Assembly (NCBI GenBank): GCA_050084985.1
Contig: JBITNC010000001.1
Coordinates: 179,614,001-179,678,000 of the forward strand
Reading direction: 5' to 3'
From: Nageia nagi
Taxonomy: Eukaryota; Plantae; Pinophyta
Length of the DNA stretch: 64,000 nucleotides
Shown: positions 1 to 13,934 of the stretch, piece after piece
Layout: each line of letters opens with the position of its first letter
How positions within the stretch are numbered: position 1 is the first letter of the stretch
Program-made: the position numbers and the translations under genes
The notes under the pieces: model-generated
What the model saw: only the letters and a program-made list of their open reading frames with translations
Told to the model about the DNA's origin: nothing
Database searches by the model: none

Positions 1-1
1 G

Positions 2-3000
2 AATAGTAGCACCACTTTGAATCTCACAAAGCTCCTCTAGAATCTTCCTTAACCACAATGCTTGAGCACTAGCACTTGTGATTGCAATATACTCCGCTTT
101 GGTTGATGAAAGAGCCACCATACTTTGTTTCTTTGAACTCCATGTTATCATACCTGAACCAAGACTGAAGCATTGTCCGGATGTACTCTTCCTATCATCA
201 ATGTTGCTCCCCCAATCTGAATCACTATAGCCAACAAGTTTGACACTCCCATGTTTGACGTACTGGATGCCAAAATCAATTGTTCCTTGAACATATCTCA
301 GAATTCTCTTTGCTACTTTCATGTGTGACTTAAATGGATCACCCATATACCTAGATACAAGTGATGTAGCAAATGCAATATTGGGCCTAGTGTTTGTGAG
401 AAACATGAGACTCCCTACAATGGATCTATAAGTGGTTACATTGACTCTCACTCCCCCATCATCCTTACAAAGAAGCTCACCATGAGCAATTGGAGTGGGT
501 AGTGGTTTACAACTTTCCATACCAAATTTCAACAACATATCTTTAGCATACTTGCTTTGACATACAAAGATTTCATCATTACATCGATATACTTCCAATC
601 CTAAGAAGTAGTGCATAAGACCCAAGTCTTTCATTTCAAATTCATCCATCATTTTATTTTTGAATTCATTATTCAATTTAGAAGAATTACCCATATAAAT
701 CAAATCATCAACATATAAACAAACAAGTATAAGATAAATACCTTGCTTCATGATGTAGAGGGTAGGTTCATTCTTGCTCCTTTGGAAACCATATTGTTGA
801 AAGTAGCCATCTATCCTTGAATACCATGCCCTTGGTGCTTTCTTTAGGCCATACAAAGCCTTCTTCAATTTGTAGACTAGATGCTCTTTTCCTTTGATGA
901 CGAAACCTTGAGGTTGTTCCACATAAACCTCTTCTTGCAAGTAGCCATTCAAAAATGCACTTGTCACATCCATGTGCATTACTTTCCACCCTTTGTGGGT
1001 AGCCAAAGAAAGGACCAACCTGATTGTCTCTTGTCTTGCTACCGGTGCGAAAGTCTCTTCATAATCAATGCCATATTTTTGCTTGAACCCCTTTGCAACA
1101 AGCCTTGCTTTGTGCTTTTCAATAGTTCCATCACTATTGTATTTGGTCTTGTAGACCCATTTGCAACCTATACATTTCTTGTCTTTTGGAAGCTCCACAA
1201 GCTCCCAAGTTTCATTCTTTTCAATAGAATGCATTTCTTCCTCCATTGCCTTCATCCACAAATCATTAGTACAAGCATTTTCAAAACAAGAGGGCTCAAC
1301 ATCAATGCTAGTCATAAGTGCATAATTGACAATATCACCACTATGATCTTCATTTTCATCATCTCCATACATATTCAAATTTTCAAGTCTAGATACAACA
1401 TTTTCCATCTCTTTTGCTTGACTTCTTGTGATTCTCTTAGTGAAATTTGTATCTAAAATATTAGAAGTAGGATGATTTGCCAAAATTCTCTTCCACTTTT
1501 TAATATTTTTCTTTGCTTGACTCAATGGATTTGGTGGGCTTGAGGTACTTGGTGTGCAAGGTGAAGGAGGACTCTCTTGGCCTTGGCCATTTGTGGGCTC
1601 AACATTTGCATTATTGGGCTCATTAGAAGAATCTTCATTGGCTGGTCCAACATCTTCTGTGAATTTTGGATGACCACCATTCTTCCCCCCTTCATCAAAA
1701 ATCACATCTCTTGATATTACAATTTGCTTTATTTTTGGATTGTAGAGTCTATATGCCTTAGAATTTTCACAATAACCCACAAAAACACATGCTTGGCTTT
1801 TTGGATCAAGTTTTTTTCTTTTTTCATCAGGAATGTGTGCATATGCTAAACAACCAAAAACTCTAAAATGTGCAACATTTGGCTTTCTTTTATACCATGC
1901 TTCATAGGGGGTGATTCCTTCCAATGATTTAGTTGGGCTCCTATTAAGAATGTAAACACTTGTTCTACATGCATCAGCCCAAAACTTATATTCCAAATCT
2001 TGAGAATGCAACATGCTTCTTGCCATATTCACTATTGTCCTATTTTTCCTTTCACACACACCATTTTGTTGAGGAGTAAAACTTGTAGTAAGTTGCCTTT
2101 TAATTCCACAATATTTGCAAAGTTTTATGAATTCATTTGATATATATTCCCCTCCTCTATTAGTTCTTAGACATTTTATATAATATCCACTTTGTTTTTC
2201 CACATTATTCTTGAATTCCATGAAGTAACTAAGAGCTTGATCTTTAGTTTTTAAGAAAAATATCCAACACATTCTTGAAAAATCATCAATGAAAGTGAGG
2301 AAATAGGAATTCATACCCATACTTTTTGTTTGCATTGGACCACATATATCCAAATGCACCAATTGAAGAGGATAAGAGGCTCTCCATGCTTGGCCTCTTG
2401 GAAAGCTTGATCTATGGTGCTTGCACAAAGCACAACCTCCACACACATCTTTGATTTCATCCACCTTTGGCAACCCATGTACCATTTGATGAGATGTCAA
2501 AAGCCTTAAGCTTGAGTGATTGAGATGCCCATATCTCAAATGCCACAACCAACTTTTCTTTTCAATAGACACATTAGCAAGTGCAGCCCCTTGGCTTCCA
2601 AATTTTAGAGGAAATAATTTGTTCTCATTCATTGGAACAATGGTAACAACCTTATTACCCCTATTCTTATCATAAATTACACATTTTCCATCATCAAAAA
2701 CAAGCTTGTAATTATTTTCCATGATTTGTCCAATACTTAACAAGTTATGTTGAAGTTTGGGAATAAAGTAAATATGATTTACCTTTTTCATTCCTTCCTT
2801 AGTTGGAACCTCCATGGTACCCATGCCTTCAACTTGTAATGTGCTATTATCACCAATTCTTATCTTTGTCTTGAAGGAGTCATCAATGTGAGCAAATAGC
2901 TCTCCTTTGCCCGTCATATGCTTGGATGCTCCTGAATCAAGTAGCCATGTCTCACTCATGTTTGGATTAGCCTTCCCATATGTCAAAAATAGATTTGCAT

Positions 3001-3121
3001 CCTCTTCTCCATAGTTTGCACTTCTCCCTCTTTGAGAAGCCTTCAATCTGCATTCCTTCTTATAGTGCCCAAATTTATTGCAATAGTAGCATTGCTTATT
3101 GGATTTGCCACTTGATTTGGA
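2..3121 (-). CDS. copia pol region (CCHC knuckle, protease, integrase, RT, RNase H N-part), open to the window edge
   Basis: Manual translation gives [73 protein letters not shown] and GYSDSDW. No stop seen from 3121 to 2. It is absent from the ORF track, presumably because it runs off the edge. The integrase second Asp reads RTNRGG (D>N). Confidence 0.92.
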
Positions 3122-3180
3122 TTATTGTTGCTGATGTGGTTGGCCTCCTTGGCCTCTTCCTTGACCTCTACCTTGGCTCT

Positions 3181-3927
3181 TCATTTCCTTCCTCTTCCTC
3201 TTCCTCTACCTTGGCCTTTCCTTTGGCCTCTACCTTGACTACTCACATTGGCTTCCCCTTCTTTGAGTGCAAAAGCCTTGTCATCACCACCTCCAAAGCT
3301 TGAAGATGATGAATCTTGTAGTCTTTCTTCATGGGACATAAGTGAACCAACAAGCTGATCATAAGAGAGAGTAGCAAGATCTTTGCTCTCTTCAATGATG
3401 ATTGCAACCGGATTCCACTTTGGAAGAAGAGATCTCAAAACTTTCTTTACAACCACTTCATTCTCAATTTCTTCACCAAGTGTCTTCATTTTGTTGACAC
3501 AAGTTTGAACTCTAACACAATAATCAGCAACCTTCTCTTCATCCTTCATCTTGAGATTTTCAAAATCCCTCTTGAGAGTTTGAATTCTCACTTGCTTGAC
3601 TTGATTGCTTCCTTGGTATCCATCCTTCAAAGCCTTCCATGCATCTTTGGCTATTGTACATGAAGCTATCCTTGGAAATATGCTCTTATCCATTGCCATT
3701 TGAAGATGATACAGGGCATAATAGTTCTTCTTTTGAGCTTCTCTCCTTGCAGTCCTCTTAGCCCCTTGCAAAGTAGAGCAATCAGTTGGCTCATCATAGC
3801 CATCTTCTACAATCTCCCAAAAACCTTTGCCAATGAGTAATGTCTTCATTTTAATAGACCAATACTCATATTCTTCACCATTGAACTCAGAAATTGGCCA
3901 TGAGGGGTTGTTGCTATTTGAAGCCAT
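3181..3927 (-). pseudogene. copia gag, cut from pol by a frameshift near 3181 and a TAA at 3122-3124
   Basis: FNGEEYEYWSIKMKTLL...AKDAWKALK...VVKKVLRSLLPKWN...LMSHEER is typical copia gag. The GRG-rich linker continues in a different frame. Confidence 0.9.
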
Positions 3928-5172
3928 TCTACAATGCTCAAATGCAAAAATTGCAAAAAAATGAAATTTGAAGGTGCTTGCTAAGTCTCTCCAAACTTTC
4001 ACTTTCCCACTCTAACCCAAATGGACTAAATATGCATTGACTATCAACATCAGAGTTCTCTCCTCTCTTCTGTGATTCCTCACATCAGATGGCTCCTCAC
4101 ACCCTCTTCTCAGATCATGATGCCTTCTCCTGACGTGGGCAATTAGTGGGACTCCCATGCAGGCAGGCTCATGCTTTGGTTGGCAACCTCTCTACTTTTC
4201 ATCTCACTTTCGTTCAAGAGCACATCCTTCGCATGTTCAGGCTTCTCCTTTCTATGCATGCAAAAATTCTCCTCTCGTAATGTAGGCTCCTTCATTCACT
4301 CATCAGGCTCATCAAAGACATTTCCTCACCAGTAATGACACAATTTCTTTTCTCATCTGCAGGTCTGCAGACTCTTCCTTCTCTATAATGCATGAGCTCT
4401 TCATCACTACTTACTTTTGCTGTGGGCTCTCCTTTCTTTCTACGCACCTCATGCACTTGGTTGGGCATGCTGGTCTTCACATAGAATGACCTCCTTTTTT
4501 AGAGATAAAAACACAACATTGGTGCTCCTCTCTATGCAGTTTTCCAAACTCCACATACATTTAGATCTTACGATGTTGCCTTATCCAACGCTTCAAGTGG
4601 CATCTTCTATCAATGGAACCACCTCTTCTTCCTTTTTACACAGACCTTCCTCTTTAGAAATGAATGTGCGACCATAATGGCAGTCTCCTTTTCATCTGGC
4701 TTCACATGCTTCTCAATGCAAGCTCTCCTTTCTGCTGTGCATGGGCTCACTTTCTCCTTCAAATCACAAAACTTCACAAATGAAAAATCATGCCACCTCT
4801 TCCTGGCACCTTCATAATCCATCGATCTGAAATTTGATAAATTCCAAAAGACTCTACAAGTAATAGCAATACAAATCAGTAGTGGCATGGGTTTCCTTCA
4901 AACCTCGTGCAGCTATTTTCTAATTTTTCTCCAAGCAAAAGTTTAGTCTATTCCAGATTCTCTTTCAATCTTCAAAATAGCAAACACTTCACCCAACTAT
5001 CTTTGCATCCATAGAAACAAGAATTTTTCCAGAGGCTTTGGATCTCACACTTGCAAGAATTTGATAAATTCTTTGCAATGCATCCACAAACTCAATAATT
5101 CTGATGATAGTCCTTGAGGAGCTTGATAAGATCCTTCAAGACTTCACCCACTCTAACCCTATGATCGATTCA

Positions 5173-5184
5173 GCTTTGATACCA
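5173..5184 (-). promoter_or_regulatory. primer-binding site (tRNA-iMet) of the copia element
   Basis: Minus strand TGGTATCAAAGC, 2 bp from the LTR end. Confidence 0.9.
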
Positions 5185-5186
5185 TT

Positions 5187-5467
5187 TGAAAGAACCAAAA
5201 TGTTCTATATTATTCATCAAAATGAGTTACATATATAGGCTTAAGAAAGCCATTACAAGACAAGATAAGAAGTTGAGAATAATATTCTCATGATCATAAA
5301 AAACTCACACTATACATATCACCCTTAGATCACTACATGACAAATTACTTGTTATAACAATAAACTAATAAATACTTAGACCTAGATACTTAGGAAAATA
5401 CTTTAGTCCTAATTAATTAATCCTAATAACTTAGGACTTAGGAATAATGTTAGAAATACTTCCAACA
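5187..5467 (-). repeat. 5' LTR of the copia element (about 281 bp)
   Basis: Minus strand TGTTGGAAG...TTTCA next to the PBS, with a TATA-like CCTATATAT inside. The partner LTR is outside the window, so the outer boundary is inferred. Confidence 0.75.
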
Positions 5468-7559
5468 GGTCTTCCTTGAAATATTTACAATCCCAAAACC
5501 TAAAAACTCTCTAAGTTCATATTATGAATCAAGAGAGTAGTGCATCTTTAAATAGGCCTAGAAACATCTCCAAGATGTCGATTGATGATCCTAAACTGCT
5601 AAACTATCCATTCCTTTAACTTCCACTCTTGATTCATTAAAATGTATGTTGTTGATAATCTAAAAATGGTAGACTTGTGTTGTTAGCAATGTGATTTTTA
5701 ACACCAATCACCTCTTTATTTTAGTCTCCAATCAATATCTAAGCATAAATACCTCTAAAATGAGTATTGCTCCTATAGAGATCAACCTAAAATGATCCAA
5801 TTCAAATCAATAAATGAACTACTAGATCTTAAGTAGGGGAAAATTATTTCTAAAGATATAGGAGGTAATGACATGCCTTGTTTATTTATAATAAATATAG
5901 AAAAAAAAGTATTGAACAATTAAGGAGTGGTAATTATAGAAAATAAATCTCATAGGAAAGGAGAAGAAAAATAATTGAACACAAATCAAAAATCATAATA
6001 AAGAACCCTACCTGATAATGAATGATAGTAAAAGAGACTCAAATTTCCAAGAATTTCATGAATGACACCAAGTTTAATAAAAAAATGTATATATCAAATA
6101 AGTGAGTGTAAGGTATCCTAACAAATAAGTAAGGGTTAAAAAAATATCCAAATCAATTATTTATGGTAAGTAGTCAACTTTAGAAAGATTTGAGAGAGGA
6201 AAAGAAATCCCAAAACTAGAGAGAAAATATTGATAATATCATGAATATTAGGGGGTTATACTCCTTCTTAACACATAGGTTTCTGGAATGGAGCCTAATG
6301 TTGAAAGTCATAGAAGATTGATGTATACCTAGAGGGGAGGAGGTATAAAAAAAATTATGATCACCACTATGATAATAAAACCAAATGCTACAATTTTAGT
6401 AGCAAACCCAATCAATGGAAAAAAATTTGCTAAAAGTCTAAAATATGTAATACTTTGTAAATCAAAAATAGATTCCCAATTTTGGAACACCTAGAAAATT
6501 TTAGTAAATGTACTATTAAATAAATAATCATAATTTATTTCTCAAACTATTGTAAAATTTTAAAGACAAGTTTTGGAATTTTGTATAAAAAACTCATTTA
6601 TTCAACCAAAACATAAATATGAATATTCAATGTGTATAAGCATCAATGTTAAAACCTATGTAAGAATGAATAATATATGCTTTAAATTATTTCTTATTAT
6701 AAATATGTGTTTGAAATATTATGTATGAAAAAATTATATATTGTAATGCATATATTAGTGACATAGTAAATAATTATTAAAAAAATAAGGATATAAGTGA
6801 TGATTCTTATGTAGATAATAAACTTCATATGACTAAGATTTTTCTAAAAGTTGATAATTCTAAAGTTAATACTTATGTAAATAATTATATTAGAAAAAAA
6901 ATTACACTAACTCATGGCTTGATAAAATAAGATATTAAAAATAAATCCAAACATAAACAAAAATAATTTCATACTTTATAGAATCTCAATTTTTTTTCTA
7001 TTATATTTTAGTAAACATAAAATTTAAAAAATTGCATACAAAATATGTTCCTAATGCACGAAAAAATTGGTATGAATTTTTAGTATGAAGAATATGAATT
7101 ATATTTGGTATACCTTTCAATTACATATACTACCTTAATATTAGAACCATTAGAATCTATAAAACAACCTATAAAATAAATTCTATAGAATTGTTACATT
7201 TGGCTTTAAGATCTTGTATTTTATTGTAGTACTTGAAAATGATTCTTTTCCTTAAATTTAGTCTAAGACTATATGATTTTAAATTAAAAGATCATAATTT
7301 AATAATCATCAATAAAATTTCCTCTTATGTTAGATATAAGAGTAAAATAAAACTTAAAATATATTGTATTATTCAAATTCCATCAACATTTCAATATTGT
7401 CCTTTGATATTGAGAGGATTTTAAAGTTGAATCTAAGTTTTAACAAAGTTATTTAGTGAAATATTTTATAAACAAATTAACAATTGATCTTTATTATAAA
7501 TATAATAAAAATTAATTTCCTATTTTTAACCATGTTCTTAATAGAGTGATGATTCAAAT

Positions 7560-8300
7560 TTAAGTATTTCAAACTACCATTCATGATAATTTTAGTCAAA
7601 TTATGCACTACTAGCTAGAACATTACTAACAACCTAAAGAAGGAGAAACATAAGCCATTTATTTTATGAATCAATGACATGAGTTACATAAAATAAGAAT
7701 AGGAGGTGAAAGCATAATAAAATTGCTTATTATAAATTTTATAAATCTATGATGGGTGTTTATTTTAGAGCATCAAAGGAGTCAAATAGAGTTAGTGTTA
7801 ATCATTAATATTACTAATTTATGGTAGGTTTTAATCCAAAGAGAAGAAAAAGGAGAAGAAAGGATACATTAATGTCCAAAGAAAATAATAAATGTGGTCC
7901 ACCATATAATAAATTAATTTGTATATTATATAGTTAAGTAACAATACATGTTGTTGATCTCATAGATGAATGATAAGAATCAATGTTGGGTTGAACAAAA
8001 TAGTTATCATTCATAGAGAACATGAATTATTAATCAATTGTTTGATTTTCCATAGAATCTAAGGAAGATAACCAAAATTTCCCAATAAATGGAGTACCAA
8101 TAGTCATTAAATATCTTGAATCAATCGTCTAAATTCAAGGAAATAATGAAGGACATTTAGCTCAAGCATCATAAATCATCCAAAATAGAGAATTTTAGTT
8201 AATAAACCAATTGTATTCTAAAGGATAATTAAAAATTATCTTCATTGCAACTATTTACTTATTCCAACCCATAATGTAATATTTTCAAACAAATATTGGA
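7560..8300 (+). mobile_element. highly degenerate gypsy-type integrase-region remnant
   Basis: Faint motifs in the expected order (IGGE.., WWPT-like tgtggtccaccata, DECQR-like, DYLTKW-like), with many stops. Confidence 0.3.
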
Positions 8301-9979
8301 ATAACTAATAAAAAAATGATAGGAAGATGCATTCCTCAAAATTAGCCTTCTATTGTCTAATCACTCAATTTATTTATCAATATGATATCTTTAAATTGAT
8401 CATATAAGAAATGGAACACATGTTTCCTACTAATGAAATAGTTAAAAATATTGAATTCCCTAATATGAAAAAGGCACAACATGCAAAATAATAATAAATA
8501 ATATCAATATTGTAGTTGTAGCTAATAGTTTCAAGGTGATGGATTCAACTCTTATTAGGAGAAGTGTTCAATTAAATACTTAAACAATAATCTATAGAAG
8601 ATCTATGGTGAATCCTCCACATGATTAGAATATTTGATGATAAAAATTCAATTGGTAACAATTCCATTTTCTTATTAATTTTTAGTCAATAATGGTCCTT
8701 TAATTACAAACTCTTATCCATTTGAATATGTCAAAGAATTTTATATACTTATGTCTACCATATATTGTAATTTTTCTTTCATTTATTATTTATTTTTTTA
8801 TAAAACCTTATCTAGGTTAAGTAGTGTTGAGAATTTGAACCTTGCTTATGTATTATTGTGATTATTTAGAATAGTAGTTGATATAGATAGAATTGTGTTT
8901 AAAAAGTGGACTTGTTCTTTGTATTTGCTTAATTTACTATATGGTTTCTAAATGATAAAATATAAGGATCATGTATATAATCCCATATAATAATTTATGT
9001 TTCTTTCAAATATATACCAATTCCATATGATTATATGAATTTTAACTTATTTCTGAATGATTAAAAATTATTCATGTATATTCCATGAGATAGGATAAAA
9101 ATCTTTCTATTAGTGCATTTTTTATTTGATTACAATTTACTTTTAATGTAATATTTCTTAACCCTTTTTCATTTATATAAATTCAGATTAGGATTTATGT
9201 ATTTTTTTACAAAGGAATTAGCCTTTTTAAAACCATAAAGGTTATTTTACAAGTTGTACCTTTATCCTACACTTGTAAGATTTTACAAGTTGTCTTCAAT
9301 ATGATATGTTGTATGATATGCATCTAGTATTCATATAGATAGTGTCATATTTGATGTAATAAAAGTTTATAGAAATCCTAGTGGAATTAGCTTACATTTC
9401 TATATTAACACTCTATTGAAGGTTTCTTTTTATTTACATGTTGAAGAGTCATTTAACCAAGCACTCTTTAATCTACATGAGAGATGGATTTATCATAATA
9501 TTATAAGGTTATGCATAATAAATCTTGGTGATAAAATGTTTATAAAACATTGGAAAATGATTTTGAAATTGGGGCAAGCATATACCAAAATTGGGGTGAG
9601 TGTATTTTCAAACATCCATCTTTGAATTACAATTTCCTTTACATTGTAATTTGGATTTCATTATCAACTATCCATGCTTGAATGTATAGTTCTATTTCCT
9701 CTTTAAGATTCTCTCTATCCTATGTGAAAATTTTTATTTGTTCAAGTGCTTCCTTAGCATTTGACCTATTCATAAAAAGTGATGGATTTTTGAATGTAGT
9801 TATTAAGGCTCCTTATCAAGACCATTTTGGCAGGGGGTGTATGCATTTTATTCATGGTAGAACCCTAGTTAGCACACATTGTTATGCCTTAGTTCACTCA
9901 CTTTCTTCCCTAGTTCACCTGTATTGCAACTTAGTTGCACATCAGTTTCATTTCAATGGTGGTCTAACTATATGATTGT

Positions 9980-10190
9980 GGATTATTATTATTATTTGAT
10001 ATTTTTCTTAAAGTCATTTTTTAATGTTATTTTTGTTATTAATATTATTATCATCATTTTGTTGTTATTAATATTATTATTAATTTTTTTAATTAAATTA
10101 TTATTATTATTTAAAGGTTAATAGTGTTATTATTTTTTATTATTATTATTATTTTATTATCATTATTTTTATTATTTTTATTTTAAAAAT
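9980..10190. repeat. degenerate (TTA)n low-complexity tract
   Basis: Seen directly. Confidence 0.85.
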
Positions 10191-10543
10191 TTATCCTATT
10201 GATATCTCTATATAATCTAATCATTTTAAATATACAATTTTACAACAAAATTTAAATATTATGAAAATCATCCTTAAAATTAAACCTTACATAATTATAT
10301 AAAAGAAAAATAGAATAATAATTAAATTCTCTAATGTAAAATAATAAACCATAAGACTAATAATCTTATCACAACTAAATTTTTATTTATGTTGAGCTTT
10401 TGTATGTTTTCTGAAGGAATCATATATACCACTTATTTTAGAAAGTAATAAATGGAATGCATCTAATTCATTCGGACACCCAATATGTGGGAATGTGTGC
10501 ATCATGAGTTTGTTGGGTGCTTTAGATATTTTAGAGTACATTT

Positions 10544-11480
10544 TATTAGGATTTAGCATTTTGATTTATGTAGATAAATTTAATTAACAACATAAATAAA
10601 TAATACAGACAAAAGAACACCAAATTTAATGAGGTTCACTCAACCTCTTTGAGCTACATTCTCAAAGAAGCACCAACATAGTAATTCTATTATTCTAACA
10701 ATTACAAATACATGGAGGAACCAAACAACAATCTTGTTGCAGCACCCTCTCTCCATCTTCCAGTAGGTTTCTCAAACATGAGTTTCTTCTTCACCCATAA
10801 CATAATCACTCCACCATGATTACAAGCAATTCCTCTCTTCTCTTTGGAGGAATACATCACAAGAATGCCTCCATGTATATCCTTCCATAATTCCATCATA
10901 GGCATTACCACACACTATCATCATGAACTATGCCCAAACCTTGAGCATACTTGATCCTCTAAAGATCTAATCCAAGATCCACCATCATGGGTTCCCATGC
11001 CCAACCCAAGGCATACATACTAATCTAGGATCCTTCCAAATTTATTCAAAGATTATTCCAAGATACTTCATCATCCTCTTCCATGTCCAACCCAAGGAAA
11101 AAGCATTGATACAAAGGATACTTGATGCATATTACACTACCATATTTATAGGATAAATCCATCCAAAAACCACATAGTAGTATTATAATATAATGAGCAT
11201 AAAACCATGGGTTAAAATCACCCATTACATTTTGTCCAAATGTATCTCCCTTGAAAACTTAGTTTTAGTCCCTATAAAAATAACCAACTTATCAAGCTAT
11301 AACTTTTAATAAAGAGCTCTATTTTATGCATTATTTAGACCATTGGAAAGGTATGAATGTGTAGAACTTACACATCAAATTTTGTCCCATTTGGAGTAGT
11401 AAATGACCTTCGTTTCTCACCTACACCAAAATATAGTTGTAAATAATATTTCCTTTACAAAGGATGAAACACACCCAACA
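10544..11480 (-). repeat. 3' LTR of the non-autonomous element
   Basis: tattaggatttagcatt...aggatgaaacacacccaaca; aligns with 12156-13053. Confidence 0.85.
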
Positions 11481-12155
11481 ATATCCTGCTTGTTGAATCC
11501 TTTGCAAAGGGATCAACTAATTCTAAAAACTCACCAATCCAACCCATATATTCAAGCTTAAATATAAATTTACTTAGAACTCCCATTCCATGTGTAATCA
11601 CCAATATAATCCAAATCACATATTAAACATCTACAACATTCATACAAGGACATAAACACATATGCCTTAGCAAATTCATAAATAATATTTCAATTTGAAA
11701 CTGATTCATAATAGATCGACCACTATTACATCCTTTAGAGATCATCTTCAAGGCACACCAAGGATATTCACCTTGTCTAGATTATTCTTTCACCATGCTT
11801 TGAACCACCACATTGAATTAGTGTCAACCTTGTACCTTCTCTTGTGATCAATAAGCAATAAGATAATTTACCTCATTCTTCTTTTCATTGCTCCCACTAC
11901 TTCACCAATCTCTTGAATTTCTATAATCAAGAATAATACATTCAAAACTCTACCTTTCTAATTACAAGATTCTATATGGAGAACCTAGGAAGAGATAGGG
12001 CAAAAGAGGCAGCCAATCTCATCTTGCAACAATCCAATTTCCTAAATTTTGAATACATGCTTAAACTTGGTTACAATTCCTATAACCCATTTCTGTTGTA
12101 GCTCCTAGCTCTCACACAAACCAAAATCCACCCAACCTTAAGCTTTGATATGAAT

Positions 12156-13053
12156 TGTTGGGATTTAACATTAAGATTTATGTAGAGCAAATTAATTAAC
12201 AATAGAAATAAATCATGTAAACAAAAGAAGAACACCAAATTTAACAAGATTCATTCAACATCTTTGAGCTACATCCCCAGAGAAGCACCAACATAGTAAT
12301 TCTATTAAATAATCTTACTCCAAAACCCTATCTCCATCTCCCAATAGGATTTTAAAACATGGGTTTCTCCTTCACCCATAACATAATCACTCCATAATGA
12401 TTACAAGTAATTCCTCTCATCTTCTTTTTAAAGGAATATGTCACAAGAATGCCTCCATGGACATCCTTCCATAATGCCATCACAGGCATTACCACACACT
12501 ATCATCATGTTTCATGCCCAAACCTTGAACATATTTGATTTTCTCAAGATCTAATTCAAGATTCACCATCATGTGCTCCCATTACCAACCCAAGTCATAC
12601 ACACTAGTATAGGATTATTCAAATATTATTTTAGGATACTCCATCATGCTCTTCCATGCCCATTCTAGGGCAAAAGCATTGATCCAAAGGATACTTGATG
12701 CATATTACACTACTATATTTATAAGATAAATTCATCCAAAAATTACATAGTAGTATTACAATACAATGAGCATAAAACCATGGGTTAAAACCACCCATTA
12801 TATTTTGTCCAAATGTACCCCCCTAAAAAATTTAGTTGTAGTCCCTATAAAAATAGTCAACTTGTAGAAGCCATAGCTTTTGATCCAAAGATTTATTTTA
12901 TGCATTCTCTATACGATTGAAAGGTATGAATGTGTAAAATGTACATGTAAAATTTCATTTTATTTAGAGTAGTAAAGGACCTTAATTTATCACCTACACC
13001 AAAATGTAGTTGTACATAATATTTCCTTTACAAAGGATGAAGCACACCCAAGA
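12156..13053 (-). repeat. 5' LTR of the non-autonomous element
   Basis: tgttgggatttaacatt...aggatgaagcacacccaaga, adjacent to the PBS. Confidence 0.85.
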
Positions 13054-13934
13054 CATTTTTCATAGAGATAGTGCACAACTTGTAAAAACATAGAAGCAAT
13101 AGTGAATATATGCTAATGCTTGCATCTTCTTTGGTTTTGACCTTGGTAATTTTTAATACCATTCAATGTTATAAAATATTGTAGCTTGTTGTTTAGTGAA
13201 TAATATTTTTTATTATTATCCACAACATCAACATCAACATTCAATCCACAGACCCTTATCCATGCATACATGTAACATAGTCTAATAATAGGATGAGACC
13301 ACAATAATTGGGCAATTTTTTATGGCAATAATGATGCACTTAGAAAATTTTAGGTCAAATAAGAACTAGATTTGATATACCTTCTTATATATCAAAAAAA
13401 ATGTTGAGCAAGATCATTCTCTATGCATATACCTTATTTTTTGATATTTATTGTTATTTATTTTAATGTTAATTTATTAATTTATATATTAATTTATTTT
13501 ATTTAATATTGTATATTATTTATTTTATATGTTATTCTAATGTAAACATTATTTTTGAAGTGGAATTTATTGTTTATTCAATTCATTTATTTTTTTAATA
13601 TTGAAGCTGATGTTTAACAAATGGATTCACATGTGATCTTTTGCTCTCCACTCCACCCCCATGCTATAGCTAGAGAATGCCTCTTGATGTTAAAAAGATG
13701 CATGGTTTTCATGGTGTATATTAATATGGGCATTAGTTTTAGATGATAGATGGATGGTTGAGATTACCTCTCGATCATATAAGGACATCGATTCTTTGTA
13801 GATGGTCGATTTCATAATTAAGAGCCTTGTTTTAGAAGAAAATACCTACGATGTTATTATTATTGTTGTTGTTATTTCATAATTATTATTATTTTCTTAT
13901 AATTATTAATTTTTAAATTTATTATTATCATTAT

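Larger units (their letters stand above)
1..5467 (-). mobile_element. Ty1/copia LTR retrotransposon, 3' end runs off the window
   Basis: On the minus strand: LTR, PBS, gag, zinc knuckle, protease, integrase, RT, RNase H. Integrase before RT is the copia order. Confidence 0.97.
10544..13053 (-). mobile_element. non-autonomous LTR retroelement (TRIM/LARD-like): two ~0.9-kb LTRs and a 675-bp non-coding interior
   Basis: Direct repeats 10544-11480 and 12156-13053. 5-bp TSD CATTT at 10539-10543 and 13054-13058. Degenerate iMet PBS at 12142-12153 (plus strand gctttgatatga). Confidence 0.88.

Noticed and set aside
881-1456. 191-aa plus-strand ORF (also 768-989 and 2980-3303)
   Set aside because: Antisense or alternate-frame shadows of copia gag-pol.
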